In this document: piece by piece, positions 50,993-59,456 of the stretch
How the letters are laid out: every line of letters begins with the position of its first letter
Position numbering within the stretch: position 1 is the first letter of the stretch
Origin: an uncultured Candidatus Micrarchaeota archaeon
GTDB taxonomy: Archaea; Micrarchaeota; Micrarchaeia; Anstonellales; Bilamarchaeaceae
DNA: 64,000 nt
Direction: 5' to 3'
NCBI GenBank assembly: GCA_963714085.1
Contig: OY970229.1
Span: 100,849-164,848 of the forward strand
Program-made: the position numbers and the translations under genes
The notes under the pieces: model-generated
Told to the model about the DNA's origin: nothing
The model's input: the letters and a program-made list of their open reading frames with translations, nothing else
Database searches by the model: none

Positions 50993-51748
50993 ATGAAACT
51001 GCTCAAACTGGGGGGCTCTGTGATAACCCGGAAGTCGGGATGGCGCGAGGCGGACCTCAAGGCGATAGAGGCGCTGGCGGACGTCGTGGCCTCGGCATGG
51101 AAGAAGTCCGAGCGCGACTGGGTGCTCGTGCACGGGGCAGGCTCGTTCGGCCACCCGCTGGTCGTCAAGTACGGCATCAACGACGGCGTGAAGAACGCTG
51201 CGCAGAAGCTCGGGTTCGCGATGACGCACGAGGCATGCTCGGAATTGTCCGTGCTCGTCGTCGGAACGCTCAACAGCGCCGGAATGCCCGCGGTGCCGGT
51301 TCCGCCCGCCATGGTGATAACCTCCAAGAACAGGCGCATACACTCATTCAACACGAAAGTGGTCGACGATTACCTGAAATCCGGGTACGTGCCAGTGCTT
51401 TTCGGGGACATGGTCCCCGACATAGAGCTCGGCGGCTCGGTGTGCTCCGGGGACCAGATAATATCCTACCTGGGCAAGGCTGCGGAGCGCATACTCCTAG
51501 CCACGAACGTGGACGGGGTGCTCGACGACAAGGGAAAGGTCATTGAGCAGATAACGGGCAGGAACTTCGCGGACGTCTCGCGGCATTTCAAGTCCGCGGA
51601 AGGCGACGTCACCGGGGCAATGGCAGGCAAGATAAAGGAATTGCTCGAGCTTGATACTCCTTCTTACGTGGTCAACGGGCTGAAGCCTGAGCGCGTGGAG
51701 GCGCTCATGCTCGGGAAGAGGGCGGTCTGCACCGAGATAAGGAAATGA
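50993..51748 (+). CDS. ipk: Isopentenyl phosphate kinase
   Basis: LKLGGSVIT, VHGAGSFGH, PVLFGD, SGD and DVTGAMAGK. Confidence 0.93.
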   Translation: MKLLKLGGSVITRKSGWREADLKAIEALADVVASAWKKSERDWVLVHGAGSFGHPLVVKYGINDGVKNAAQKLGFAMTHEACSELSVLVVGTLNSAGMPAVPVPPAMVITSKNRRIHSFNTKVVDDYLKSGYVPVLFGDMVPDIELGGSVCSGDQIISYLGKAAERILLATNVDGVLDDKGKVIEQITGRNFADVSRHFKSAEGDVTGAMAGKIKELLELDTPSYVVNGLKPERVEALMLGKRAVCTEIRK

Positions 51749-51787
51749 TGAACACAAAATGTAATCATTTATAAGATAATCCCATCA
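51705..51787 (+). repeat. 83-bp direct repeat copy 1 (ipk 3' end plus TTTATAA promoter)
   Basis: 79/83 identical to 53141-53223 by manual alignment. Confidence 0.92.
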
Positions 51788-51798
51788 TAACTTTTTTC

Positions 51799-53133
51799 AT
51801 GCCAGAGACAGCAACCGCCAGGGTTATTTTTGCGCCTAAGGCCAGCCGCGCTGTCCCGCCCAGGCGCTGCAAGCCGCATTTCTTCGCATGCCAGACAGAG
51901 GGCATACGCAAGCAGCCAAGGGGCGCCGGCAAAACCCGCAGGAAAGCCCTTCTGAACAGCGAGCTGGCAGGCCTCTGGGAGTTCGCTAAGAAGAGAAAGG
52001 CGACCATCTCGAAGAAAGAGGAGGCGGAGATGTTCGGGATATACCTGCGCGTGGTCAGGCGCATGCAGGAGCTGAAGCATCTGCGGGAAAGGTGGAACGG
52101 ACCCGTGAAACAGGAGCTCGTGCGCCTTTCCGAGGCGAAGGAGCTTGCGGAGAGGGTGGTCGCGAGCAGAGGGGACATGAGATACCTCAGGGAACTCGCT
52201 GCAGAGAAGAGGCGGTCGCTCGAGAAAGAGGAGGAATACGCCGTCTTCCGGATTTATAGGCGGGTGCTCCCCCGCATGATGAACCTCGGGAAGGGAGGCA
52301 TTGCAGCGAACGCGGAACACGGACTCGTGGCTCAGGAGATGGAGCGGCTTTCCGAGGCGAAAAGGCTTGCCGAGACCATAATCATCCAGACCATGGAAAA
52401 GCAGTTCTGGATGACAGCCAAATACGTGATCCACCCCTCGGTCATAGAAAAATCAGACCTCGTTCAGGAGGCCTGCATGGCTGTAGTAAGAAGAGCTATG
52501 CGCACCTTTGACCCTGACCAGGACTGCAGAATCTCCACGTACTGCCAGTTAGGGATAACGCGGGCCATGAAACGCGCGGTTCAGAATCAGGGGAAGACCA
52601 TCAGGATCCCGTGCAATACGTACACCATAAGCGCCAAGGTCAACAGAGCTTACATGGAATGCCGCAAATCTGGCTACGAGCCGACCGCGCAGGAGATAGC
52701 TGATCTTGCCGGACTCGACCTGAAGAAGGTCGTGAGATGCCTCGAAATGCCGGATACGCTCAGCATGGACGTTAGGCCAGAGGACAGGCTTGCATTAATC
52801 GATACGATTCCGGACAATGGCATGGATCCGCTGGAGACGCTTGTCAACGCTGAGGTGGGAAGCGTGGTGGAGACGCTCCTTGGGAAACTGAGGCCCGACC
52901 AGCGCAGGATATTGTGCATGAGGCAGGGCCTGGGCTGCAAAGAGCACACGTTGAAGGAGATCGCAGAAGTAGATGGATGCAGCGGCGAGAACATAAGGCA
53001 GAAGCTGTTCAAGATAGCGAGAAGGATACGCAATGCGAACAAGGCGCTGCTGCGCGAGTACCAGGGCTATGGCCCCGATGACGAAGCGCCATCCCATGAA
53101 CCCGGAGAGCAGGCCAGCGCCGGGCAGCGGTAG
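51799..53133 (+). CDS. Sigma-70 family (RpoD-like) homolog 1, divergent
   Basis: Region 2 DLVQEA..FDPDQDCRISTY..QGKTIRIP; region 3 EPTAQEIA..LSMD..LIDTIPD; region 4 LRPDQRRILCMRQGL..HTLKEIA..ENIRQ. Confidence 0.9.
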   Translation: MPETATARVIFAPKASRAVPPRRCKPHFFACQTEGIRKQPRGAGKTRRKALLNSELAGLWEFAKKRKATISKKEEAEMFGIYLRVVRRMQELKHLRERWNGPVKQELVRLSEAKELAERVVASRGDMRYLRELAAEKRRSLEKEEEYAVFRIYRRVLPRMMNLGKGGIAANAEHGLVAQEMERLSEAKRLAETIIIQTMEKQFWMTAKYVIHPSVIEKSDLVQEACMAVVRRAMRTFDPDQDCRISTYCQLGITRAMKRAVQNQGKTIRIPCNTYTISAKVNRAYMECRKSGYEPTAQEIADLAGLDLKKVVRCLEMPDTLSMDVRPEDRLALIDTIPDNGMDPLETLVNAEVGSVVETLLGKLRPDQRRILCMRQGLGCKEHTLKEIAEVDGCSGENIRQKLFKIARRIRNANKALLREYQGYGPDDEAPSHEPGEQASAGQR

Positions 53134-53140
53134 CCTGCCA

Positions 53141-53223
53141 TCATGCCCGGGAAGAAGGCGGTCTGCACCGGGATAAGGAAATGACGAACACAAAATGTAA
53201 TCATTTATAAGATAATCCCATCA
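53141..53223 (+). repeat. 83-bp direct repeat copy 2 (non-coding ipk tail remnant plus promoter)
   Basis: TTTATAA ends 25 nt before the ATG in both copies. Confidence 0.92.
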
Positions 53224-53234
53224 AATGAATTCTC

Positions 53235-54578
53235 ATGCTCGCAGCAGAAACGGCCAGGCGCACTCATATCCAATCAGCCGGCACGGCCCGTCCTGGACGC
53301 AAAGCATTGAGGCTCGTCGCGTGCGAGACGGAGACGATCCGCAAGCATCCAGCCAACATCAACGGGGCCCGCGGGAAGCCGCTGTCTGCGAAGGAGATGA
53401 GATACCTCGAAAGGCTCGCTGCAGAAAGGAAGGAGGTCATCGGGAAAAAGGATGAGGCCGAGGTATCCGCGATATACCTGCGCGTGGTCTGGCGCATGGA
53501 GGAGCTGCAGGCGAAGCGGGCCACCAGGGCCGTGAGACTCGAACTCGAGCAGCTCTCCAATGCCAAGGGGCTTGCCGAGGGAATGGTCGTGAACGAGGCC
53601 GAGCTGCGGCAGCTCCGGGAAATCGCGGCGGAGAGGGCCAAGACGCTCGAGCCAGGAGTGGAACGGTACATCTGCACCATCTATCGGCGCGTGCACCCCC
53701 GCCTCATGAGTCTCAAGGAGGTCAACGAGGCGCAGAAAAAGATACCCGGGCAGCAGGGCTGCAAGGCCGAAAAGGAGCCCGGGCTCATCGAACGGGAGAT
53801 CAAACGGCTCGCAGAGCCGAAGAGGCTTGTCGAGGATATAGTCACCACCGGGTTGAACGCGTTATTCTATGACAGGGCCCGGCGCATCTTAAGGTACCCT
53901 GATTCCATAGAGCGGTGCGATCTCGTCAATGAAACCAAGATTGCTGTCATAAATAACGTCATGCCCCGTTTTGATCCGACCCTCGGTTACAGGCTGTCCA
54001 CGTACTGCAACTTGCCGATGAACCGGGTCATGGTACGCTACGTACAGACTCATAAGAGGGATATCAGGTGGCCGGTCTACATATGCGAGGCGATAGGCAG
54101 GTTGAGCAAGGCTTCGCAACTGCGCCGGAACCTGGAAGGCAGGGAACAGAGCATCGAAGAAATAAGGAAAACCACGGATCTCCCCCCGAGCGTGATCGCA
54201 GCGTGCATGAGAGCGCCGCAAACGGTCAGCCTGAGCGAAAAGCTGCGCCACGGTGAAGGGAAGAAGCGGATCGACCGTATCGAGGATACAAGCAGCGTGA
54301 ATCCGCTGGACGCGGTTTTCGATAGCAAAGCGAAGGATCTGGTGAACGAGTGCCTCGACGTACTCAGCCCGAGGTATGCGAGGATAATGCGCATGAGATA
54401 CGGCCAGGACCAGACGCTCGACGCGATCGCTGACCGGGAGGGCATATCAAGAGAGAGGGTGAGGCAGATACTGGCCAAAGCCTTGAGGACGCTGCGCAGG
54501 AAGAATAGGATGAAGCTGTGCGATTTCTACGGGGGCAAACCGCCCTGTTACGACCAGCAGGCTAATCTTGAGATGTAG
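53235..54578 (+). CDS. Sigma-70 family (RpoD-like) homolog 2, divergent
   Basis: DLVNE..RFDPTLGYRLSTY..DIRWP; VSLSEKL..IDRIED; LSPRYARIMRMRYG..TLDAIADREGISRERVRQILAKALRTLR. Confidence 0.92.
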   Translation: MLAAETARRTHIQSAGTARPGRKALRLVACETETIRKHPANINGARGKPLSAKEMRYLERLAAERKEVIGKKDEAEVSAIYLRVVWRMEELQAKRATRAVRLELEQLSNAKGLAEGMVVNEAELRQLREIAAERAKTLEPGVERYICTIYRRVHPRLMSLKEVNEAQKKIPGQQGCKAEKEPGLIEREIKRLAEPKRLVEDIVTTGLNALFYDRARRILRYPDSIERCDLVNETKIAVINNVMPRFDPTLGYRLSTYCNLPMNRVMVRYVQTHKRDIRWPVYICEAIGRLSKASQLRRNLEGREQSIEEIRKTTDLPPSVIAACMRAPQTVSLSEKLRHGEGKKRIDRIEDTSSVNPLDAVFDSKAKDLVNECLDVLSPRYARIMRMRYGQDQTLDAIADREGISRERVRQILAKALRTLRRKNRMKLCDFYGGKPPCYDQQANLEM

Positions 54579-54640
54579 GCGGGCGCTGGAGAGCAGGGCC
54601 TGAACCAAAACCATAAATATCACCAGCCAGATAACCGCTC

Positions 54641-55306
54641 ATGAACAAAAAGGCGCTCGCGTCCATGGGCTGGATAATCCGGACCATGAGCACCGAAGCC
54701 GGAAAAAGAAATCCTCCGGTCAACAAGGTGGACAGGATAACCCGCAGCAGCCCGTTCCGCGCGCTCGTCTTCACGATCCTTTCAGCGAGGACGAAGGACG
54801 CGAACACCATCGCCGCGGCGGGAAGGCTGCTCGAAAAAGCACCGACCCCGAAAGCGCTCGCGCGCATGCAGATAAAGAAAATAGAAAAACTCGTGCATTC
54901 TTCCGGATTCTACAGGATGAAGGCCAGGAACCTCTCCGCCATGGCGAAGATGCTTCTGACGGATTTCAACGGCAAGGTCCCGTCCGATATCGAGAGCCTG
55001 GTGCGCCTGCCGGGCGTAGGAAGGAAGACCGCTAACATCTTATTGGTCTATTCCTTCGGCAAGGACGCCATTCCGGTGGACACCCACGTGCACAGGATAA
55101 GCAATAGGCTGGGCATAGTGAGAACGAAGACGCCGGAGAAAACGGAGAAGGCGCTCATGTCCGCGGTCCCGAAGAGGCTCTGGAAACCGCTAAACCACGC
55201 GTTCGTGTCCTACGGCCAGACCATATGCCTGCCCAGGAACCCGAAGTGCAGGGAGTGCAAACTGAACAGGGTATGCTGGAGAATCGGCGTGCGCTCCGGT
55301 ATATAA
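54641..55306 (+). CDS. nth: Endonuclease III
   Basis: ILSART.D, LPGVGRKTAN, VDTHVHRI and a C..C..C..C 4Fe-4S tail. Confidence 0.95.
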   Translation: MNKKALASMGWIIRTMSTEAGKRNPPVNKVDRITRSSPFRALVFTILSARTKDANTIAAAGRLLEKAPTPKALARMQIKKIEKLVHSSGFYRMKARNLSAMAKMLLTDFNGKVPSDIESLVRLPGVGRKTANILLVYSFGKDAIPVDTHVHRISNRLGIVRTKTPEKTEKALMSAVPKRLWKPLNHAFVSYGQTICLPRNPKCRECKLNRVCWRIGVRSGI

Positions 55307-55312
55307 CGGTTT

Positions 55313-55456
55313 ATGCTGAAATCAGACCAGGTGTATAAGATGAAAGTGCCTGCCAGCCACATAAAGCACATGAAAGACAAAAGGAAGTTCAACGAGAGCA
55401 AGGCTTATCTTGAGACGAAGAGGGACATGAACAAGCGCAGGAAGCGCAGGGACTGA
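55313..55456 (+). CDS. Small basic protein, 47 aa (below the ORF-track cutoff)
   Basis: MLKSDQVYKMKVPASHIKHMKDKRKFNESKAYLETKRDMNKRRKRRD; fills the gap exactly. Confidence 0.5.
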   Translation: MLKSDQVYKMKVPASHIKHMKDKRKFNESKAYLETKRDMNKRRKRRD

Positions 55457-55460
55457 GCAG

Positions 55461-56570
55461 TCACGGAAGGCAGTTTATCGGCGGCATCTTTCGCGCCGGC
55501 TCGAACGAGTCCCCGATCAAGCCTGCGAACACCCGGGCACCTTTGATTTCGACGCTACGGAGAACCGAAACCAATGGCGCATCGGCCGGGTTCTTCGGAT
55601 TCTCCGCGATCCGCTCTATGCCGCGGGCGAAGAGCTCGTTCTCGTATATCCCGTTCAGCTGGGCCCGCAGGGACGCGAGCTCCTCCAGAGGCAGCTCAGG
55701 CACGGAGACCTCGGAGCCGAGGGAGCCGATCAGCCGCTTGAATTCCCGGAGGCCGCCCAGGACGCCATCGATATTCCCCATGGTGGAATCGACGTATCCC
55801 TTGAAATCCACCGAAGGGTCCGGCTTGTCGATCTCGGCGTCGAGGGCCTTGGTGGATTCGTTCCAGGCCATCAGAAGGTTGCCGGTCCGGACCAGGACCA
55901 CGGCGCAGGATCGCAATGTTCTGGCATCCATGGACTCGCCACCGGAGTCGTCTATGGCGTCCATGCGCTCTTTTACCTTATCGTGCGAATCGAAGAAGGC
56001 GCGGATCAGCCGGCCTTCGATTTCCATGGAGCTCTTCATGAACACGGAGAACGTGTCGAACAGATACCCTTCGAAGACCAGCTCAGACGTGGCGCTGGGC
56101 GTGGTCCTGTCCAGGGCTTGGGCAGCACGCTTCCGGTCGTCGCATCCCATGCGCTCCCAGAGGTAGTGACCCACCTCATGGTCCACGGCGCTGTTTAAGA
56201 TGCGTTGGTCGTAGGTTATCTCGAAAGACGCGACCCGGCCGTCATCCTTGAAGCTGATCCGTCCCTCTAAAGACTGGAGCTTTCTGAGGTAAGCGGCCTC
56301 GGGCTCAGGCATGCGTCTCAAAATGGAGTCCGAAACCGCCCTCGGGACCAGGGAGACGGCGGGTATGGCGTCCGCCACCGGCTGGGGCCATCGCCCAAGC
56401 TCGCGCTCCACCGAGCCGCCGCGGCGTATGCCCTCGCACCGGGCATGCAGGGTCCCGAGCTCCTCCCTGATGGACCTTCTCTCCGCCATTATCGAAAGGC
56501 ATTCGCGGGTCGCGGTAGCGGTAAGCGCCGTGATGGCGACTGCTGCGATGATGCGATTGCGCGGCTTCAT
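55461..56570 (-). CDS. Membrane-anchored or exported putative zinc metallopeptidase
   Basis: N-terminal hydrophobic helix; DHEVGHYLW; distal NELFAR. Confidence 0.65.
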   Translation of the reverse strand: MKPRNRIIAAVAITALTATATRECLSIMAERRSIREELGTLHARCEGIRRGGSVERELGRWPQPVADAIPAVSLVPRAVSDSILRRMPEPEAAYLRKLQSLEGRISFKDDGRVASFEITYDQRILNSAVDHEVGHYLWERMGCDDRKRAAQALDRTTPSATSELVFEGYLFDTFSVFMKSSMEIEGRLIRAFFDSHDKVKERMDAIDDSGGESMDARTLRSCAVVLVRTGNLLMAWNESTKALDAEIDKPDPSVDFKGYVDSTMGNIDGVLGGLREFKRLIGSLGSEVSVPELPLEELASLRAQLNGIYENELFARGIERIAENPKNPADAPLVSVLRSVEIKGARVFAGLIGDSFEPARKMPPINCLP

Positions 56571-56608
56571 GCGCTTATATTAATCACGACTATTTATAAC
56601 TCACGCGG

Positions 56609-57508
56609 CTAGACCACGGTTGTGTAGAACGCATCGTAGCCGATCTTCTTTATCGCCCGGATTATCTGCTCCGCGTGCTCCTGGTCCTTGGCCAGCGCGA
56701 TGCAGCATCCACCGCCGCCCCCGCCCGTCAGTTTGGCGCCGAGCGCGCCGGCGTCCAGCGCGGCCCTGTTTATCCTGTCGTTGTCCTCGATGGAGACGCC
56801 CAGCTCCGAGAGGAGCGACTGGTTCTGGTTCATTATCTTGCCGAACGCCTCGAGCTTCCCCCTCTCCAGGTCCGCCTTGGCGTTGTGGCAGAGCTCGCGC
56901 GCCTCGTCGAGAAGCTGCTGGAACCCGTCCTCGTCCTTCTCCTTGAACTCGTTGACAAACGCGACCATCTTCGCGGTCGCGCCGAACTTGCCCGTCATGC
57001 CCACGGCCAGGTGCAGGGGCAGGCCGAGCTGGAAGCGGTCCAGCACGTTGTCCGAGTAGGACTTGCCCTTCGTGAACATGATCACTCCCCCGTAGGTCGC
57101 CATGGCGTTGTCTATGCCGCTCGGGTTCCCGTGGAACACCTTCTCGCCCTCGTACGCGAAGCGGTTGACCTGCGCGTCGTTAAGGTCCAGGTGGTGGACA
57201 TAGGACATGTAGCGGACCAGCGCAACGGAGAACGCCGCGGACGAGCCCAGGCCCCCGTAGGTCGGCAGGTCGCTCTCCATGAAGACCTTGTACTTCTGCT
57301 TTATCCCCATGGCGTCGAGGATCGCGGCTATGGCGCGCCTGCTGATCTCCGGTACAACGTGGACGTCCGTGGATATGTCGTTGACCTGCGCCTCCTCGGC
57401 CCAGACGATCGCGCTGTTGGATATGCCCGCGGCTATCGCCGGGCTTCCGTGCACCACGAAGTGCTCCCCGCAGAGTATGATCTTCCCGTAGCCTATGCCT
57501 TTGACCAT
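56609..57508 (-). CDS. mvk: Mevalonate kinase
   Basis: GKIILCGEHFVVHG, GLGSSAA, HGNPSGIDN and GAKLTGGGGGGC. Confidence 0.96.
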   Translation of the reverse strand: MVKGIGYGKIILCGEHFVVHGSPAIAAGISNSAIVWAEEAQVNDISTDVHVVPEISRRAIAAILDAMGIKQKYKVFMESDLPTYGGLGSSAAFSVALVRYMSYVHHLDLNDAQVNRFAYEGEKVFHGNPSGIDNAMATYGGVIMFTKGKSYSDNVLDRFQLGLPLHLAVGMTGKFGATAKMVAFVNEFKEKDEDGFQQLLDEARELCHNAKADLERGKLEAFGKIMNQNQSLLSELGVSIEDNDRINRAALDAGALGAKLTGGGGGGCCIALAKDQEHAEQIIRAIKKIGYDAFYTTVV

Positions 57509-57513
57509 TGTAA

Positions 57514-58374
57514 TCACGCCTTCGCTTTCCTTCCCCTCACCTTCGGGGGCTTTATGTCCGGATACGCGGACGAGAGCATCTCCGGGCTCGCGTAGGGCTT
57601 GAACCCCACTGTTTCGAACGTCTTGCAGATAACGTACGCGTCTGAGAGCCGCTCGCCCTTGAGCTCGGGCAGTATCACGCCCAAAGCTTCCACGAGGTTG
57701 CCGTAGGCCCTCCTTTTGCCGGACGCGGCCTTCGCGACCAGTGCGTCGTCCTTGACGGTCCCGCTCAGATCGAACGCCTTGTTCGCGGCGGTGTGGACCG
57801 CGCTCGCGAGCAGCGCGGAGACCTCGTAGTCCTTCACGTTATCCAGCCCGAGCTTCTTGATGCTTATCCAGCTCTTGTACTTGCCTACGAACATGATGAC
57901 GTCCCCGGCCTCCTCCTTGCTCGGGACGATGGACGTCTTGGCTATGGAATCGCCCATGCGGAAGCTCACCTTCGCCTCCGTGAGCAGCAGGTTGAAGAAG
58001 CAGGATTCGGCTGCAGGGAGTAATTGGATACGACCGGCATAAGCATTAAAACTCTTATCCTGGGCGATATTTATCGTCCCCCCATAGACAGGGCCTTGGC
58101 AGAATTTTTTCAGTTCCTCCTTGATTTGGCTCTGCGGACGGGATTTCAGGAACGCGATGACCGCCTTCAATCCTGTGCCGGACGGCTTGGCGTACGCCCT
58201 TATCCCCGCGACGTCTATGCCCGAGAGCGCGAACGCGTAAGGTTCGGCCGCGTCGCACACCGCGCCCAGCACCTTCGCGACCTCCGAGTCGTCAGCGGAC
58301 GCGAGCCCGTAGCGCAGCTCCTTCCGAAAATCCTTGTACGCCCCGGAGAGTATTATCTCGTCTTCGCCTTCCAT
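57514..58374 (-). CDS. DUF2666 family archaeal protein
   Basis: IMFVGKYKSWISIKKL and terminal YPDIKPPKVRGRK. Confidence 0.75.
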   Translation of the reverse strand: MEGEDEIILSGAYKDFRKELRYGLASADDSEVAKVLGAVCDAAEPYAFALSGIDVAGIRAYAKPSGTGLKAVIAFLKSRPQSQIKEELKKFCQGPVYGGTINIAQDKSFNAYAGRIQLLPAAESCFFNLLLTEAKVSFRMGDSIAKTSIVPSKEEAGDVIMFVGKYKSWISIKKLGLDNVKDYEVSALLASAVHTAANKAFDLSGTVKDDALVAKAASGKRRAYGNLVEALGVILPELKGERLSDAYVICKTFETVGFKPYASPEMLSSAYPDIKPPKVRGRKAKA

Positions 58375-58483
58375 CTTCCTGCCTCCGAATATGGATAGGA
58401 AGATGCCACGCACAATAATAAAAATCTACCCTTATAACAAAGACTGAAACAGCAGTCCACAGCGAGTGATGGGTTTTATTCAG

Positions 58484-58555
58484 GCCCTCGTAGCGCAGTG
58501 GTAGCGCGCGTCCTTGGTAAGGACGAGGTCACGAGTTCAAATCTCGTCGAGGGCT
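58484..58555 (+). tRNA. tRNA-Thr(GGT)
   Basis: GCCCTCG/CGAGGGC acceptor stem, CGTCC-TTGGTAA-GGACG anticodon arm, ACGAG-TTCAAAT-CTCGT T-arm. Confidence 0.96.
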
Positions 58556-58631
58556 TACTCCAGAACCAAACATGGGATGTTTTTGTTGGACGGCAGAGAG
58601 AAATTAAATATCTTTAGCAAGTAAGGAAAGT

Positions 58632-58991
58632 GTGGAAGAAAAAATTGAAGTGGCTGCGTTTCTGAAGTTACTCAAGCAGAAAACGAGAGATATAGTGTAT
58701 ACCAGGCACTCAATAGTCCAGGCCAGAAAAAGGAATCTGATCGGGGCAGAATTGGATAAGATAGATACGTTTGAATCAGACATCCAGAACACCCCGTATC
58801 TTGTTGTTGAGCAAGTCTCTGAACATCCCGATGAGCGCAAGTTTAAGGTCTTCTATCGGTCGCCAGTCGGGGGATTCTTATGCTATGTGTTTGCGTTGGA
58901 CGGGCAGATACGCGTTATAACTGCGCGCAGGGAAACGAAAAGCCTGCAAAAGAAGATTTTTAAAATAGAAAAGGAGAAAGGATATAGATGA
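58632..58991 (+). CDS. Putative toxin (DUF4258/BrnT-like)
   Basis: IVYTRHS..R..IRVITAR; overlaps the DUF2283 gene. Confidence 0.6.
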   Translation: MEEKIEVAAFLKLLKQKTRDIVYTRHSIVQARKRNLIGAELDKIDTFESDIQNTPYLVVEQVSEHPDERKFKVFYRSPVGGFLCYVFALDGQIRVITARRETKSLQKKIFKIEKEKGYR

Positions 58992-59317
58992 TGAAAAACA
59001 TAGAGTATGATTCCGATGCTGATGCGATCGCAGTACACGTAAGAAGGGAAAAATCAGACATAACCGCAGAGCTAACTGAGCACATCTCAATAGATATGAC
59101 TAACGGCGGGAAGGTTGTTGGTCTTGAGATACTGGATGCAAGTGAAGAGATTTCAAAACTGTTCGGCAGGATTGTCGGTAAAAAGGAAATCCAGCACCTA
59201 TTGTGCCAGGTAATCCAAAAACCCAACGACCAGTATCTGGTACAGTTCAAATCGCCCCAAAACAACCAGCTCGCTAATTTGTTGATTCCATTATACCGGA
59301 GCCCTTTAATCGCATAG
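58988..59317 (+). CDS. DUF2283 protein (putative antitoxin)
   Basis: YDSDADAIAV..ISIDM..GKVVGLEILDAS. Confidence 0.85.
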   Translation: MMKNIEYDSDADAIAVHVRREKSDITAELTEHISIDMTNGGKVVGLEILDASEEISKLFGRIVGKKEIQHLLCQVIQKPNDQYLVQFKSPQNNQLANLLIPLYRSPLIA

Positions 59318-59414
59318 ATTTCCATCGCACGAACAAGGAACTTGAACCCGGAGTACATATTCCGTCGAGGGCTTTTTCCATTCAAACCCCGTATTTTCCG
59401 GCATGACGAACCAT

Positions 59415-59456
59415 TTTAAACACTAAAAGCCATAATGGCATACGTGAACTTGAATG
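59415..59456 (+). promoter_or_regulatory. TATA promoter duplicated at 61095-61136
   Basis: TTTAAACACTAAAAGCCATAATGGCATACGTGAACTTGAATG; 36/42 identical to the second copy. Confidence 0.75.

Larger units (their letters stand above)
58533..59374. mobile_element. Decayed tRNA-Thr-integrated element (att-like repeats, no integrase)
   Basis: The tRNA 3' end (58533-58556) recurs at 59351-59374, 20/24 identical with a perfect CGTCGAGGGCTT core; the interior is visibly AT-rich. Confidence 0.7.

Noticed and set aside
51799..54578. Bacterial contamination or chimeric join
   Set aside because: The archaeal TATA spacing and the duplicated ipk tail tie both genes to the archaeal flank; read mapping is still needed to exclude it fully.
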